From the NCBI GenBank assembly GCA_013265495.1, contig MU058387.1, positions 310,001 through 374,000 on the forward strand: 64,000 bases of DNA, written 5' to 3'. Source of the DNA: Vicugna vicugna (lineage: Eukaryota). A program made the translations under genes and the position numbers. Of this stretch, positions 1-10,800 are shown piece by piece (the stretch's first letter is position 1; every line of letters begins with the position of its first letter). The notes below the pieces were generated by a model. That model worked only from the letters and a program-made list of their open reading frames with translations, made no database searches and had not been told where the DNA came from.

Positions 1-1106
1 TTTCACAATAACTTCCAGAGATACCATACTTCTGTTTTTAAAATGTGGAAAATTATAGCTGAAAAAATGTTGATCATCCACGATTGCACAACAGAGTCAG
101 AATTCAAAGTATGTTTATCTGAATCTCAACGTAAAGCTCTTGGCCACTGAGTGTTTCCTCCCCCACCTTTAGTATATCTCTCTACACTCATGGTTTTCCT
201 CATTGGAGAAAAGTAAGACTTGCATACTTCAAATAACATATCCGAGACCACACAGCTAGTGTGTCATGGGGCCAAGACATTATCTTCCCTGCCTGAATCA
301 TTTAATGATGTCAGGTGAAAACATTCAGGAAGGGATGATACATAAAAGTATGATTGTCTTTATAAATTTGAGATACATTGCAATAAAAAAATCATAAAAT
401 CCCCAAGAATATGTAGCCTTGGTTCACAGAAACAACTTTCATCTCTCCCTAGGGCCCCTCTCCTCCACTGGCAACCCGAGTTTTAGCAGGCTGGCGGAAC
501 CAGCCATCCCAGTGCTTGTCACCCTTTACAGTCCAGCTAAGCGCTGAAGTCAGAACACTGCCAGACTTGTTAATAGGCAGAGCTTCTTTGGGGAAGCCAA
601 TGGGAGATGTGGGAAGAATTGCAAAGCCTCATGTGGCTCTAAATTGTCCATCTGTCACAGTGAGTCAGCCCAATCTCCCAGGAACTTAAGGTACAAGACC
701 TAAGGAGGGGATTCTGGAGTCTCACCCCACAAATACAACATTACGGACGTAGCTTTTAAAGACTGATCCTGTTCATTTGGTCCTTTGTCTCTAGGACTTC
801 CAGAAAAGATCTTACTTTGGGATACAGCACATCTAGAAAAATATATACTTGCCTCTGGAGAGCTCCCATAACAGAAGTGGCCGCTGAGTAAGAGTCTGGA
901 GGAACTGGTAAGGAACGAGTTGTTTTCCGAGAACAAGAGGAACATTAAACAGTCCCACACTGAAACCGAAAGACAGTGGGTCCTAGTATTGGATTTTTTT
1001 TTTAAACAAAACAACAAAAGCAAAACACTTAAGTCATTTCCATACTGAGAATCTTCCATTTCCTCCTGATGCTTAAGTAGAGCATAATAAAGTTTAAAAA
1101 GCCATG

Positions 1107-1844
1107 GAGGAGTCTGCATACTGTTTTCCATAATGACTGCACCAAACTACATTCCCGCCAACAATGTAGGAGGCAGTACGGAGATTCCTTAAAAATCTGA
1201 AAATAGATTTAGCATATGATCTAGCAATCCCACTCCCAGGCACGTATCCAGAGGGAACACTGATTTGAAAAGATGCATGCACCTAGTGTTAATAGCACTT
1301 TTTACCATCGCCAAGACAAGGAAGCAACCTAAATGTCCATCAGCAGATGAATGGATAAAGGAGATGAGGTATAAATATACAGTGGAATACTACTCAGTCA
1401 TAAAAAAGAATGAAACCATGCCATTGGCAGCAACATGGATGGACCTGGAGATCATCATTCTAAGTAAGCCAGAAAGAGAAAGAAAAATGCCAGATGATGT
1501 CACTTATACGTGGTATCCAAAAAAATGACACAAAACACAAACAGACTCACAAGCATAGAAAACAAACTTATGGTTACCGGGGGGAAAAGGGGATGGGAAG
1601 GGATAAATGGGGAGTTTGAGACTTGCAGATACTAACTACTATGTATAAAACAGATAGACAATAAAGATCTACTGTATATAGCACAGGAAACTATATTCAC
1701 TATCTTGTAATAGAATGAATGATAAAAATGATTAAAAAATGATGAAAAGGAATAGATATATACATGTACAACTGAAGCACTATGCTGTACACTGGAAATT
1801 AATACAACACTGTAAACTAACTATACTCCAATTTAAAAAAAAAA
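1107..1844 (+). mobile_element. 5'-truncated L1 with short 5' inversion (ORF2 end, 3'UTR, polyA)
   Basis: ORF 1265-1528 (ALFTIAKTRKQPKCPSADEWIK...WMDLEIIILS) is L1 ORF2 C-terminus-like. 1107-1173 is the reverse complement of adjacent L1 sequence. A-tail at 1835-1844. Confidence 0.92.
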
Positions 1845-2124
1845 GCAGTGGTGGATCTTAAAATCAGTAAAGGGCTAGTGAGGATCTTTAAATATTAAGG
1901 TATTTTAAGCCCTTGGGCAGGAACCTTATTCTCTCTGAATCTGTGTATCTGTTGAAATGAGAAAAACATAATAATACTGTTTTCTGTTGCGTTTAAGGAA
2001 GTGTACTCTAAGGCAGGATGTGCTTTTTGGTGTTTAATGTGCTCAGCTCAGACCTGGGCACGTCTGTGCTGCAATAATTTCCCCTGCAGTTAAACACCTG
2101 CCTACTTTATCACACAACACCGGG

Positions 2125-2290
2125 CCAGTCATTTCTTGGGTGAATGACCTTGGACGAGGCACTTACCTCTCTGTGCCTCCACGTCTATGCTTGTAACATG
2201 GGGATGACGGAAGTAACTATCACATAGGGTTTCTATGAAGATTAAGTCAATTAAAGTGTATAAAGTACTCAGAATAGTTTCTGGGAAAAC
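2125..2290 (+). mobile_element. MIR SINE
   Basis: MIR core-like text: tgaccttgg...cacttacctctctgtgcctc...tgtaacatgggg...tatgaagattaag. Confidence 0.75.
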
Positions 2291-2824
2291 AACATACATA
2301 CATGCTTCTTAAATAAATGTGAGTTCTTGCCCAGTTTTGAAAAAGAACCATGGGAGCCCATGCTCCGCTGAGCTTAGCAGAATTGCTCGGAAGCTCCCAC
2401 GGAACACGAGCTCTCCAACATACGACTTGCTAGACTCGCTGATGCTTGATACCTGCAGGCATTTGCCTTTGTGACTCCTGCCTGAACTGTCAGACTTCCT
2501 AAGTCCTTGCATTTTAACTGAGGGAGGCGTGTCAGTTTGGTTCACATGAGAAAAATGAGCTTCTTGTATTTGCATGGGCAGTTTCTAGATGCAAAGGTGG
2601 GGTTCCCCAGCCGTACCTTTGCACCCCATACACTGACAGTAGAGTCAGCCCTGTTTACTTCTATCTTGGTTTTCATTGAGTGCTGGGAGTGTAGACCATT
2701 AGCCCTCAGCCACCTGCCATGAAGGCTGCAGGAAGGATAAACTGGGAGGGGGTGGGTGAGGAAGAAACTAAGAAAGAATCTGTTTGCTTGTTAGATCTTA
2801 CTTACAATAGCCTGGTTGAAAAAT

Positions 2825-3030
2825 CGTAACAGTAACTCTCGCTTAGCACTTACCAGGTGCGAGGCTCTGTTCCAAGTGGTTTTCATATGTTGATTTTCAC
2901 AACTCCAAGAGGTAGGCACTATTATTAACCTGCTCTACAGGAAGAAGAAAAAGGACCAGAAATCTTAGTGTAATGAGCCAGAGTGGCACTGCTGATGAGC
3001 GGTAAGGGGCGACTTAGAACCCAGGAACTG
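2825..3030 (-). mobile_element. MIR SINE
   Basis: agcacttaccaggtgcgaggctctgttccaag...cacaactccaagaggtaggcactattatt...gaacccagg. Confidence 0.7.
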
Positions 3031-3037
3031 GGACTTG

Positions 3038-3073
3038 CACACACGAGCGCGTGCACGCACACACACACACACA
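3038..3073. repeat. Imperfect (CA)n microsatellite
   Basis: Seen directly. Confidence 0.85.
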
Positions 3074-4215
3074 GAGCAAGACAGAAATTAAGAAATAAAA
3101 CGGAGACCTGGGTGTATAAACTGTGGGTTTAGTTTTACCAACTGGGCTTGAACTCAGATACTCTTGTTAGCTATAGGCCTTTTGTAAGATACTTAATGTT
3201 TTCTGAGTTTCTCTATTTGTGGAAATGATAAAATATTGCCTGCCCTTTGTGATATGACAGAATGTATATGAAACACACGGTAAATGCTCAAATAACATTT
3301 CTGCTATGACAACAATAATAATAAAGTTATTAACAGGTAAATAGGATGACTACAAAATAAGTGTCTAAAACAGTGTCCTAGTTCTTAGCTAGCTACCCAT
3401 GTATGTTCATTTCATCCCTTTCCAAAATGAGGTACTGATGACCCCCATGACAGACATATTTCTAGCCAGGATTACAGAGTAACCTGAGGAAGACAGGCTA
3501 AGACTCTCAAGGGAAGAAAAACAGATGGAAATGCAAGAAAGGATCGCTTCTCCAGAGAGAACCTTTTCACAGTGGTAACAGCGAAGAGAGAACTTAGTTA
3601 TTCATATTTAATGGACGCAGACAAATCTTTCAGGATGATGCAATATTGGAGTCAATACTTCTGGTCTCTTAAGGGGTTTGCATTCTTTTCAAGCTGTTAA
3701 ACTGTGTTCCATTACGTTCCTTGCTTTCCAAGGATGAGAAAATCTAACAAGATTTCACAGGGTTTGGAATGCCAATGCTGAATACAGGAACCAACCCCAT
3801 GTAACTGTCATATCCCAGGTGAGGCCTCCAGGGCCAAGTAAAAGCAGAGACCTTCCTCAATTCTCTTGGAATCAATAGACAGGTAACTTCATTATCCCCT
3901 AAAGCCCTTTAGGAAATAGCCTTCTCTGGTTAAATGTCACTTGGCGTTCATTGCCGCCTTCTGGGTACCTATCACAATGCTTTGTCCAAAGTAGGTGTCA
4001 ATAAATCATATTTATCATGTTGAAAACAATGCCAAATACTCTCTTTTCTGATGTAGTGAGAAACCATTCAATCAGAAAACTTAATTAACCAAGATTGTAT
4101 ATTCAAAATATATTTCAAGCCCTTTGCTATCAGCAATTAACGTTTAGAAATTAGAGCAGGGTGTCTTATGTTTTCCCATCTTTTTTCTTTCAATCTTTCT
4201 GTATTCTTAGAATTT

Positions 4216-4327
4216 TTTTAAATTGAAGTATAGTGGATTTACAACCTTGTGTTAATATCTGGTGTACAGCATGGTGATTCATTTATACATATATACTCCT
4301 TTTCATATTCTTTTTCCATTATAGGTA
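4216..4327 (-). mobile_element. Short L1 3' end with TSD
   Basis: T-run then aattgaagtatagtggatttacaa...ggtgtacagcat. Flanked by tgtattcttagaattt (4200-4215) and tgtactcttacaattt (4328-4343). Confidence 0.85.
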
Positions 4328-4344
4328 TGTACTCTTACAATTTA

Positions 4345-5468
4345 AATATGTCCTTATAAGCAGTATATTAATGAGATTTTGTTAATTCCTTTGATGTTTG
4401 AAACACTTTAAGGTAAATATAAATAATTAATATGTGTTACTTTATACCTGCTTGCTTTTTGTTTTCCTCACTGGTACGAGCTTTCTTCTTTTCTTTCTTA
4501 TCTGCTCTTGGATTAATTGTGCAGATGACGATGATGATAATGATTCAATTTCTCACTTTCTTAGATGGGTAGCTTTGTGCTACTATGCTATTAACTGAAA
4601 AGCTAGTCTAGTGGTTACAATGCATACTTGTTCTACTAAAATTGAGTATTACTTGCTACATTTCCCTGTTTACAAATAATGAAAGTATTGTCAAACCCTA
4701 ACTCCATTGTTCTATTTTGTTTTGTCTCTTAATTCTTTATACTTTGTGAGACTCACAAGATGCTGTTTATGTCATATATCAATATCCACTGAGTTTTGCT
4801 CATATTTAGCCTTTTCTGTCACCACCCAGTGCTTCTCTCTCCTCTGACCTTCTATCTGGGATCGTATTCGTTCTGCCTAGAGAGACCTGTTAATACTTCC
4901 TTCAGTGTGGATCTGCCAGTGACTGATTCTCCTAAAAAAATCTTTATTTTACTTTTATTCTCAAATTATATTTAGCACGGATATAGAATTCTAAGTTACT
5001 TCTTTCAACACCTTCGAGATACTTCACTTTGTTCTAGTTTGAGCCACTGCTGTTTCAACATCAACTTCCAGCTGATCTGCTCTTCAAACGCATGATCTGT
5101 TTTTTCTGGAAGCTTTTAATGGTCTTCTCTTTGGCTTTGGGGTTAGCAGTTTTATTACATGTGCCAAGGTGGCTTTCTTTGCATTTATGCCTCGTGGGTT
5201 TCAAAGGCCTTCTTAAATCTGAAAGTTAATATCCTCCTAGATTTTGAAAGTTCTGTGGTTGTCACCTCAAATACTGCTTCTGCCCCGTTGTCTCTCTGAT
5301 TCTGGACATCAGTCATTCACGTGTGGAAACTTCTCGTATATCCTCTGTCTCTTACGCATTCTTCTCTATTTCCCATCCTTTAAATTTTTCATGCTTCATT
5401 CTGCAAAACTTTCTTCATATTTTGCTTTTATCTTTTTTGTGTTAAATCTGCTTCCAACCATATCCTAA
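4345..5468 (-). mobile_element. Ancient L1M(E)-type fragment (ORF1/ORF2 region)
   Basis: T-rich antisense L1-like text (gatatagaattctaagtt, ctcaaatactgcttctgcccc), similar to 27230-28480. Confidence 0.65.
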
Positions 5469-5469
5469 T

Positions 5470-5572
5470 TAGGGTTTTCAGATTTAGTAGATAACAAAAT
5501 AGAGGATGAAGAGTTAAATATAAATTTTAGATAAGCAATGGATACTTTTTAATATAACTACGTCTCAAATAC
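5470..5572. mobile_element. MER53-like DNA element, left arm (right arm possibly ~5950-6025)
   Basis: agggttttcagatttagtagataacaaaatagaggatg...gttaaatataaattttagataagcaatg resembles the recalled MER53 consensus. Confidence 0.6.
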
Positions 5573-5574
5573 AG

Positions 5575-5925
5575 TGAGGGGAAATTCATATGTTGAAGTC
5601 CTAACTCCTAGGACCTCAGGATGTGACTATTTGGAGGCAGGGCTTTTAAAGTAAAGTGAGGTGATATTGGTGATCCTAATTCAATATGACTTGTGTCCTT
5701 CTACAAAGAGTGGAGTAAGACACAGACACACAATGAGGAAGACCTTATGAAGACAGAGAGAAGGTGGCCATCTACAAGCCAAAGAGAGCGGCTTTGGGAA
5801 AAAAATCAACCCTGCCAATATCTTGATCTTTATCAAACTTCTAGCTTCCAGGATTGTCAATAAATACACTTCTGTTGTTTACGTCACTGAGTTTGTTACT
5901 TTGTTATGACAGCCCTAGCAAACCC
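5575..5925 (+). mobile_element. MLT1B-like MaLR LTR
   Basis: aaattcatatgttgaagtcctaac...gaaggtggccatctacaagcca...ttgttatgacagccctagcaaac. Confidence 0.85.
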
Positions 5926-6239
5926 TGTTTTGGTTATTTTATTTGGACTATCTATTTATATTGTTTGTTCTTCCTCTTGGTTTTCATTCAACTCAATTCT
6001 TCTCGAATGCCTTTTTATCTGATACTTCAAAAATGTTTATTTACTCATTAAAACCAGATTTTTCAGACTTTGGATTTTGACGTACCACTGTTGTGAATCT
6101 GTAAAGAGTAAAATTTTACTAAAACAAAATGGCTATGCTATTTTTGTGACAATGACAACTGCATCACTTAAGCCTTCCCTGATTTAAAAGAAAGAAAAGT
6201 TAACATGTGAAAATATCCCCAGATAAATACCTGTGAGCC

Positions 6240-6715
6240 AATCATCTTGTTTATGATCTAAAACAATTACCAACACCACTGACGCTCGTGTGTATTGCAC
6301 ACCTGTTGACACTTCCCTCCTTTACGTCATAGAGATCTTGCTCATCTCTAATTTTGCCAAACGTGTTAACCTAAGCAACTTGTTTGGTGTTGTTTTAGAC
6401 CTGCTCTAGAAATTACAGCACACGTGTTCTTGTGACTTCAATTTTTTCACTTGATTTTTTCGAGATCCATTCATGTCAACGCTCTTAGCTGCAACTGTTG
6501 TATATCATCTCTTTGCACGCGCATGTGCATGCGTGTATTTATATATTCTACAGCATAATTTATCAATTCCTCCATTAGTGGACATCTGAGGCTATTTACA
6601 GTGTTTCCTTCTTCTAAATTATTTTGCTACAAACATTCTCACAGTCGTTTCCCTGGGACACATGTGTGAGAGTTTCTCCAGAAGACATTCCTAGGCGTGG
6701 AATTGAGCAGTCTAC
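6240..6715 (-). mobile_element. Ancient L1ME 3' fragment
   Basis: gagatccattcatgtc...ggacatctgagg...cacatgtgtgagagtttctccagaagacattcctaggcgtggaattg. Confidence 0.65.
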
Positions 6716-6759
6716 GTGACAGCCTTTCCTATTTCTGTTACACCTGAGTTCTGTTTCTG

Positions 6760-9215
6760 CTTCATTATGGAACAGATTTAATATTTATATTCAAGGGAGA
6801 AATAGAGGAGGAGGGAGGGACGTGGTGCTACTTCTTAGCCCACAGAATGCTTCTTTCAACCATTGACTTGGGAAAGGCAGACAGGTGAAGGCTCGGGGAG
6901 GTCTCCTGTCAGCTCTGTTGCACACGGAGGTGAAGTGGGGCAGTGCTAACTGGAGACCAGAGCCTCAGGCTGCAGCCTCGTTGATGTCACAGAACCCACT
7001 GTGAAGCCACTACCATTATGTGAAAAATGTAAATTCCAAAGGGAGATTGAGTTTCTCAGTCTGGTCTTCATCCTCTGGCCCTTTGTTTCTGGCTGTTGTT
7101 GGCGTTTTGATAGGCTTCGAAGTTTACTGTCACTTTGATCTCACACATCATGGTACGAATGATCTTAAGCACCTCGCCATAGACTAGTGGCTGCATGGTG
7201 ATCATCCTACTGCTTCTCTCCATGGTCCTAGACATGATGTCCACGTCTGTACAAGGTGCAGTATGATGCGCCTTGAAATTTGCTATTAAGGAGCCAATTC
7301 TAGTGGCTATTTATCTTGTAGGACCCAGGACTACTGTGTGTATATTAGAGCTGGCTTTGAAGTTCCTTAAGATCCAATCCTGCTGGATCTTTTAACCTCA
7401 GAAACTGGGACTATTCTTTGTACAGTACATGGATTTTAAAGTTCATAAAGAGAGAGCCTGTTTCATTGGGGTTCTTGACTTGAAGAACCTGAGTTATTTG
7501 TAGATTGGCTCGTCCTCAAAATGTAAGATAAACTAGACTTTGCAGCAGGCTGAGGTTGGTGTTTTTTGTGGAAGGAGAGGCTGTGCCTCTGCCCACTGGG
7601 CTTCTCTACCCTTTCCTTTAGTTCATCCCAAGTGGTTCCGTGGTGGCTAAGAGCCAGCAGAAGGGTGATGTCAGAGTGCACTTGCCCTCCCTGTCCTCAG
7701 TGGTGAGAATGTCTTCTAGTAAGAGCCTTGTTCCTTTCCTCTTTCCCTTCTGGCTTCAGCATGGGGTTGGGAGAGACTCTCTGACTTTCATCCTGTTCAT
7801 TTATGTACCTTTCCCTCTGCAAGGTTGAGACAAGGGGTCTCCTTACTGTATCTTTAGTTGTTTCTGCAAGAGGTATGTTGCGAGTCTGTGCTCCTGCAAT
7901 CACCACAAGCTTGCTATCTTCTGGGGAGAGACTGGAGCTTCTGCTCAGATTCTGGATCTTCCCTCTTCCTTGCCAGTGCTGTGTGTACTGTCCTGAGTCT
8001 GCAGACTCAGTTGGTGGCACGTTCACAGTGCCCACCGTGGTGCCACCTGTATGGCCGCCCCTTTGTCAAACACCACAGGTATGACAGTAAGGAGAGAGAG
8101 TGTGCTTCCATGAGCACAGAACATGTGGCAGGCACGTTCATTGCTTCCTCACCAGCGTAAGCAGAAGAGGAGACCTCAGACAAGACCTGCGTGAAGGCGC
8201 CTGATGCTTGCTTTATCTTGGTTGATTTCTCCGTGGAGTTTCATGGCCTCTCGTCCTCTGCCTCAGACACAGGGACATCTATTGTGTCACCAGTTGGGAT
8301 GGCCTGCAGTGCTGTAACTCTCCACCGGTGGTCTCAGGAAGTAAACAATTTATTCCCAATAAATGAAAAGCTCTTGCCTCGGAAAGGGGACACAGCTGAA
8401 GTTCAAAAGAGCAGCCAGTGGCAAGCTTTCGACAGAGCTGTTTTTCATAAACATGGATGGAGATTTTTACGGTCTTCACGGCAAGCATCTGGTTAGCTCT
8501 GAGACAGATCTTCGTAGGTTTTTGGCTTGCTCCCTGGTGAGTGGCCATGTCTGAGATACTCACAGCTTGCAGCCCTTAGGGCCAGCGGCATGAGATCAGA
8601 GAGGGTGAGGTGGGGGCGGGTGGATGTGATGCTCATAGTCACAATTTGCACAGGTTGCACATCAATCACTTCTCTTTCGCTCATCTACATAAAGCTGTCA
8701 AACATCAAGGTGTACTTGAGTATAGTATGATATCCTTTCTCGTACTGTTGCTGAAACTTCCCCACTGGGCAGGTGTTGAATATGCCCACGGCATGCTTTG
8801 GATCCTATTAACACAGCAAGAGAGACTGGCTGCTCATGTCTATCGCATCGGGACACACGTCTCTCAGGTCATTTCTTGTTCCCCTGACCTCCCTGGGTGG
8901 GGCAAGCAGCCATTTCCTGGAACGACTGAGGGCTGAATATGGGCGCTGGTGGTTACCCATCCCTCAGTCCTTGGTGCCCTGGGCCATCTGGACACCAGGG
9001 CCCAGACCACACCCGCTTGGGGTGCAGAAAGGTGGGGACGCCAAGCCTGACACCCTGACGGAGCCCCTTTTAAACTTCTCCTGCCCACTGTGACCTGTCC
9101 CCACCACACATCACTCCGTCTTCATCTTCCCAGCCAGCCCCCCAGGGCAGGGACACGAGCCTTCCCCTCAAAGGCGGCACCGCCAAGCAGCAGAGACCCT
9201 GCTGGAAGCTGGTCC
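6760..9215 (-). pseudogene. Decayed, apparently intronless pseudogene/retrocopy of a multi-LOTUS (OST-HTH)-like domain protein
   Basis: Minus frame from ATG 8837 reads MSSQSLLLC**DPKHAVGIFNTCPVGKFQQQYEKGYHTILKYTLMFDSFM*MSEREVIDVQPV. Similar blocks occur at ~8510-8345, ~7680-7580 and ~7425-7340. It has many stops and frameshifts, a GC-rich 5' part (8840-9215) and ATTAAA on the minus strand at 6777-6782. The domain call is by eye. Confidence 0.55.
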
Positions 9216-9219
9216 TAGT

Positions 9220-9830
9220 TTTTAAAAATTAGCATCATTGTCATTAAATGTTGGACAATGTGTATGAAAAGTTGCAGAAATAATTCAAGGCTCCGTATGT
9301 TGCTGTCATTCCCCCAGCGGTGATCCAGCTTTGCCTCTGACAGGTGGTCAGGCTCAGGGACGAGCGCTCTGCGCTCACTTTAATTCAGCTTCAGTCCTCA
9401 CACGTGTTGTTCGACCTCTTCTTTCATTTAACGCTTATTTCATAATTCCATCTCAAAGTGGAAGGATGTGTCGGACTGTTTCCAGCCCTGATGGGCTCTG
9501 AGTATCAACTTTTGTCCACCTCCTGAGAGGCTTCTGATAGAACTGCTCAGCTTTTCCTTAAAGCGACCTTTAAGGCAACCTCTCCAGGATCAGAAGATGC
9601 CCCCCGGGGACGAGGTCTCCACATCCCAGGCTTGTCTCACTGCCCAGGCTGCTTCTCCTGGATCTTGGCCCCATGAGTCGCCACCACCTTGATTTTCTTT
9701 GATGTCTTCAAGTACTTGATGTTCTATTTTTAGATATTCTAATCATTCTCATTAGAGGTAACTCAGAAGTCTTATTTGAATTAACCTGGTTCAGAATTGC
9801 TGAAAATAGAACTGCCTGTAATTGTCTTTC
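9220..9830 (-). mobile_element. Ancient L1M(E/D) 5' region fragment
   Basis: ggacaatgtgtatgaaaagttgcagaaataattcaaggctc...ctggatcttggcccc resembles the recalled 5' region of old L1M elements. Confidence 0.6.
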
Positions 9831-10149
9831 CATCTTAGAAGAATTAGGTAATTATCCAGCTAGTGAGCGGTGGGGCAAATGCTAGACTGGGATCTGCCTG
9901 AGCCCAAAACCTGTGTCCTTGGCGTTCCCACCACATCGCCTGAGGAGGAGGTGAAGGTGCCGGGAAAAGGGACAGGTGTCCTTGAGCTCTGGACAAGGTT
10001 GTGGTCCCCTAGCTTTCTCTAAAACTGCATCAAGAACAACTCAACCATAATAAAAAAAAATTTGTTTTCCCAGATTCCTATATGTATAGTCTATCACTCA
10101 TTAAACTCTTTGGTGTGTAATTTCTGATTTTTTACCATTAGGAATAATG

Positions 10150-10800
10150 TGGTGTCCAGGGCTGTGGGAGCATGTGACCCGCCCCACCACAAGTTCATCT
10201 CCGGTCATAGCAGTCTGAGGCTCTCCGGGGAACCACGTTCTCCCACTCTCCACCCGCGTTCTCAGGACAGGGCTCGGGAGTTCAGCCTGTGGCCGAGGTC
10301 TGCTCCCCAGATCCCCCTGCCCACACGGATTGATTGGCTCAGCAACGGGCTGAGGATCCAAAGGGAGCAAACTAGATGCAATCATTGAGAGACTCTGGCT
10401 CTCTCCTCACAGGATTTACAAGGGGAGGCCCGGAAAGTGGTTCTACTGAGGCTGTCTTCTCATCACAGGGCGCCCTGAATGACATCCGTGAGAAAAGCGG
10501 AACAAAACCAAAAGACAGAGAACAATCAAAACACAATTTTCTGCTGCAAAGCACGCTGCATCCTCGGCGTGGCCCAGGCAGAGAAAACGTCAGCGGTTAA
10601 TCTTTGCCGAAGCCGGCTGTTCCCTGGCTGTTGTGCGTCTGTGGATGGCGGGGAACAAACTGCCATCACTGAGGAGTCCAAAGAGATGGGGGTCCCACAG
10701 AAATTCAACCTGATCAGCACCCCGCCAGCTGGGCGTTAAGACAGAAAGGCGCTTGGGACAACACAGTGAAGAAGAGACTGGTACAGAGCTCACGCTCATC
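10150..10800. promoter_or_regulatory. CpG/GC-enriched unique segment, candidate promoter or enhancer
   Basis: Locally high CpG density relative to the window. Reverse CCAAT box (ATTGG 10333-10337) overlaps an RFX-like half site GGCTCAGCAAC (10336-10346). Confidence 0.35.

Noticed and set aside
700..1131. 143-aa minus-strand ORF
   Set aside because: It starts inside the inverted L1 arm, crosses a T-run and resembles no protein family; a chance ORF.
7090..7160. MMCEI...NANN resembling the MARK kinase KA1 motif MMREIRKVLDANN
   Set aside because: The spacing differs, and no kinase, UBA or remaining KA1 motifs are present in the relic.
7640..9093. Cluster of plus-strand ORFs
   Set aside because: These are antisense shadows of the GC-richer minus-strand relic, with no recognisable product.
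6720..9225. tcctatttct / tcctagtttt as a TSD for the relic
   Set aside because: Too short and mismatched to distinguish from chance.
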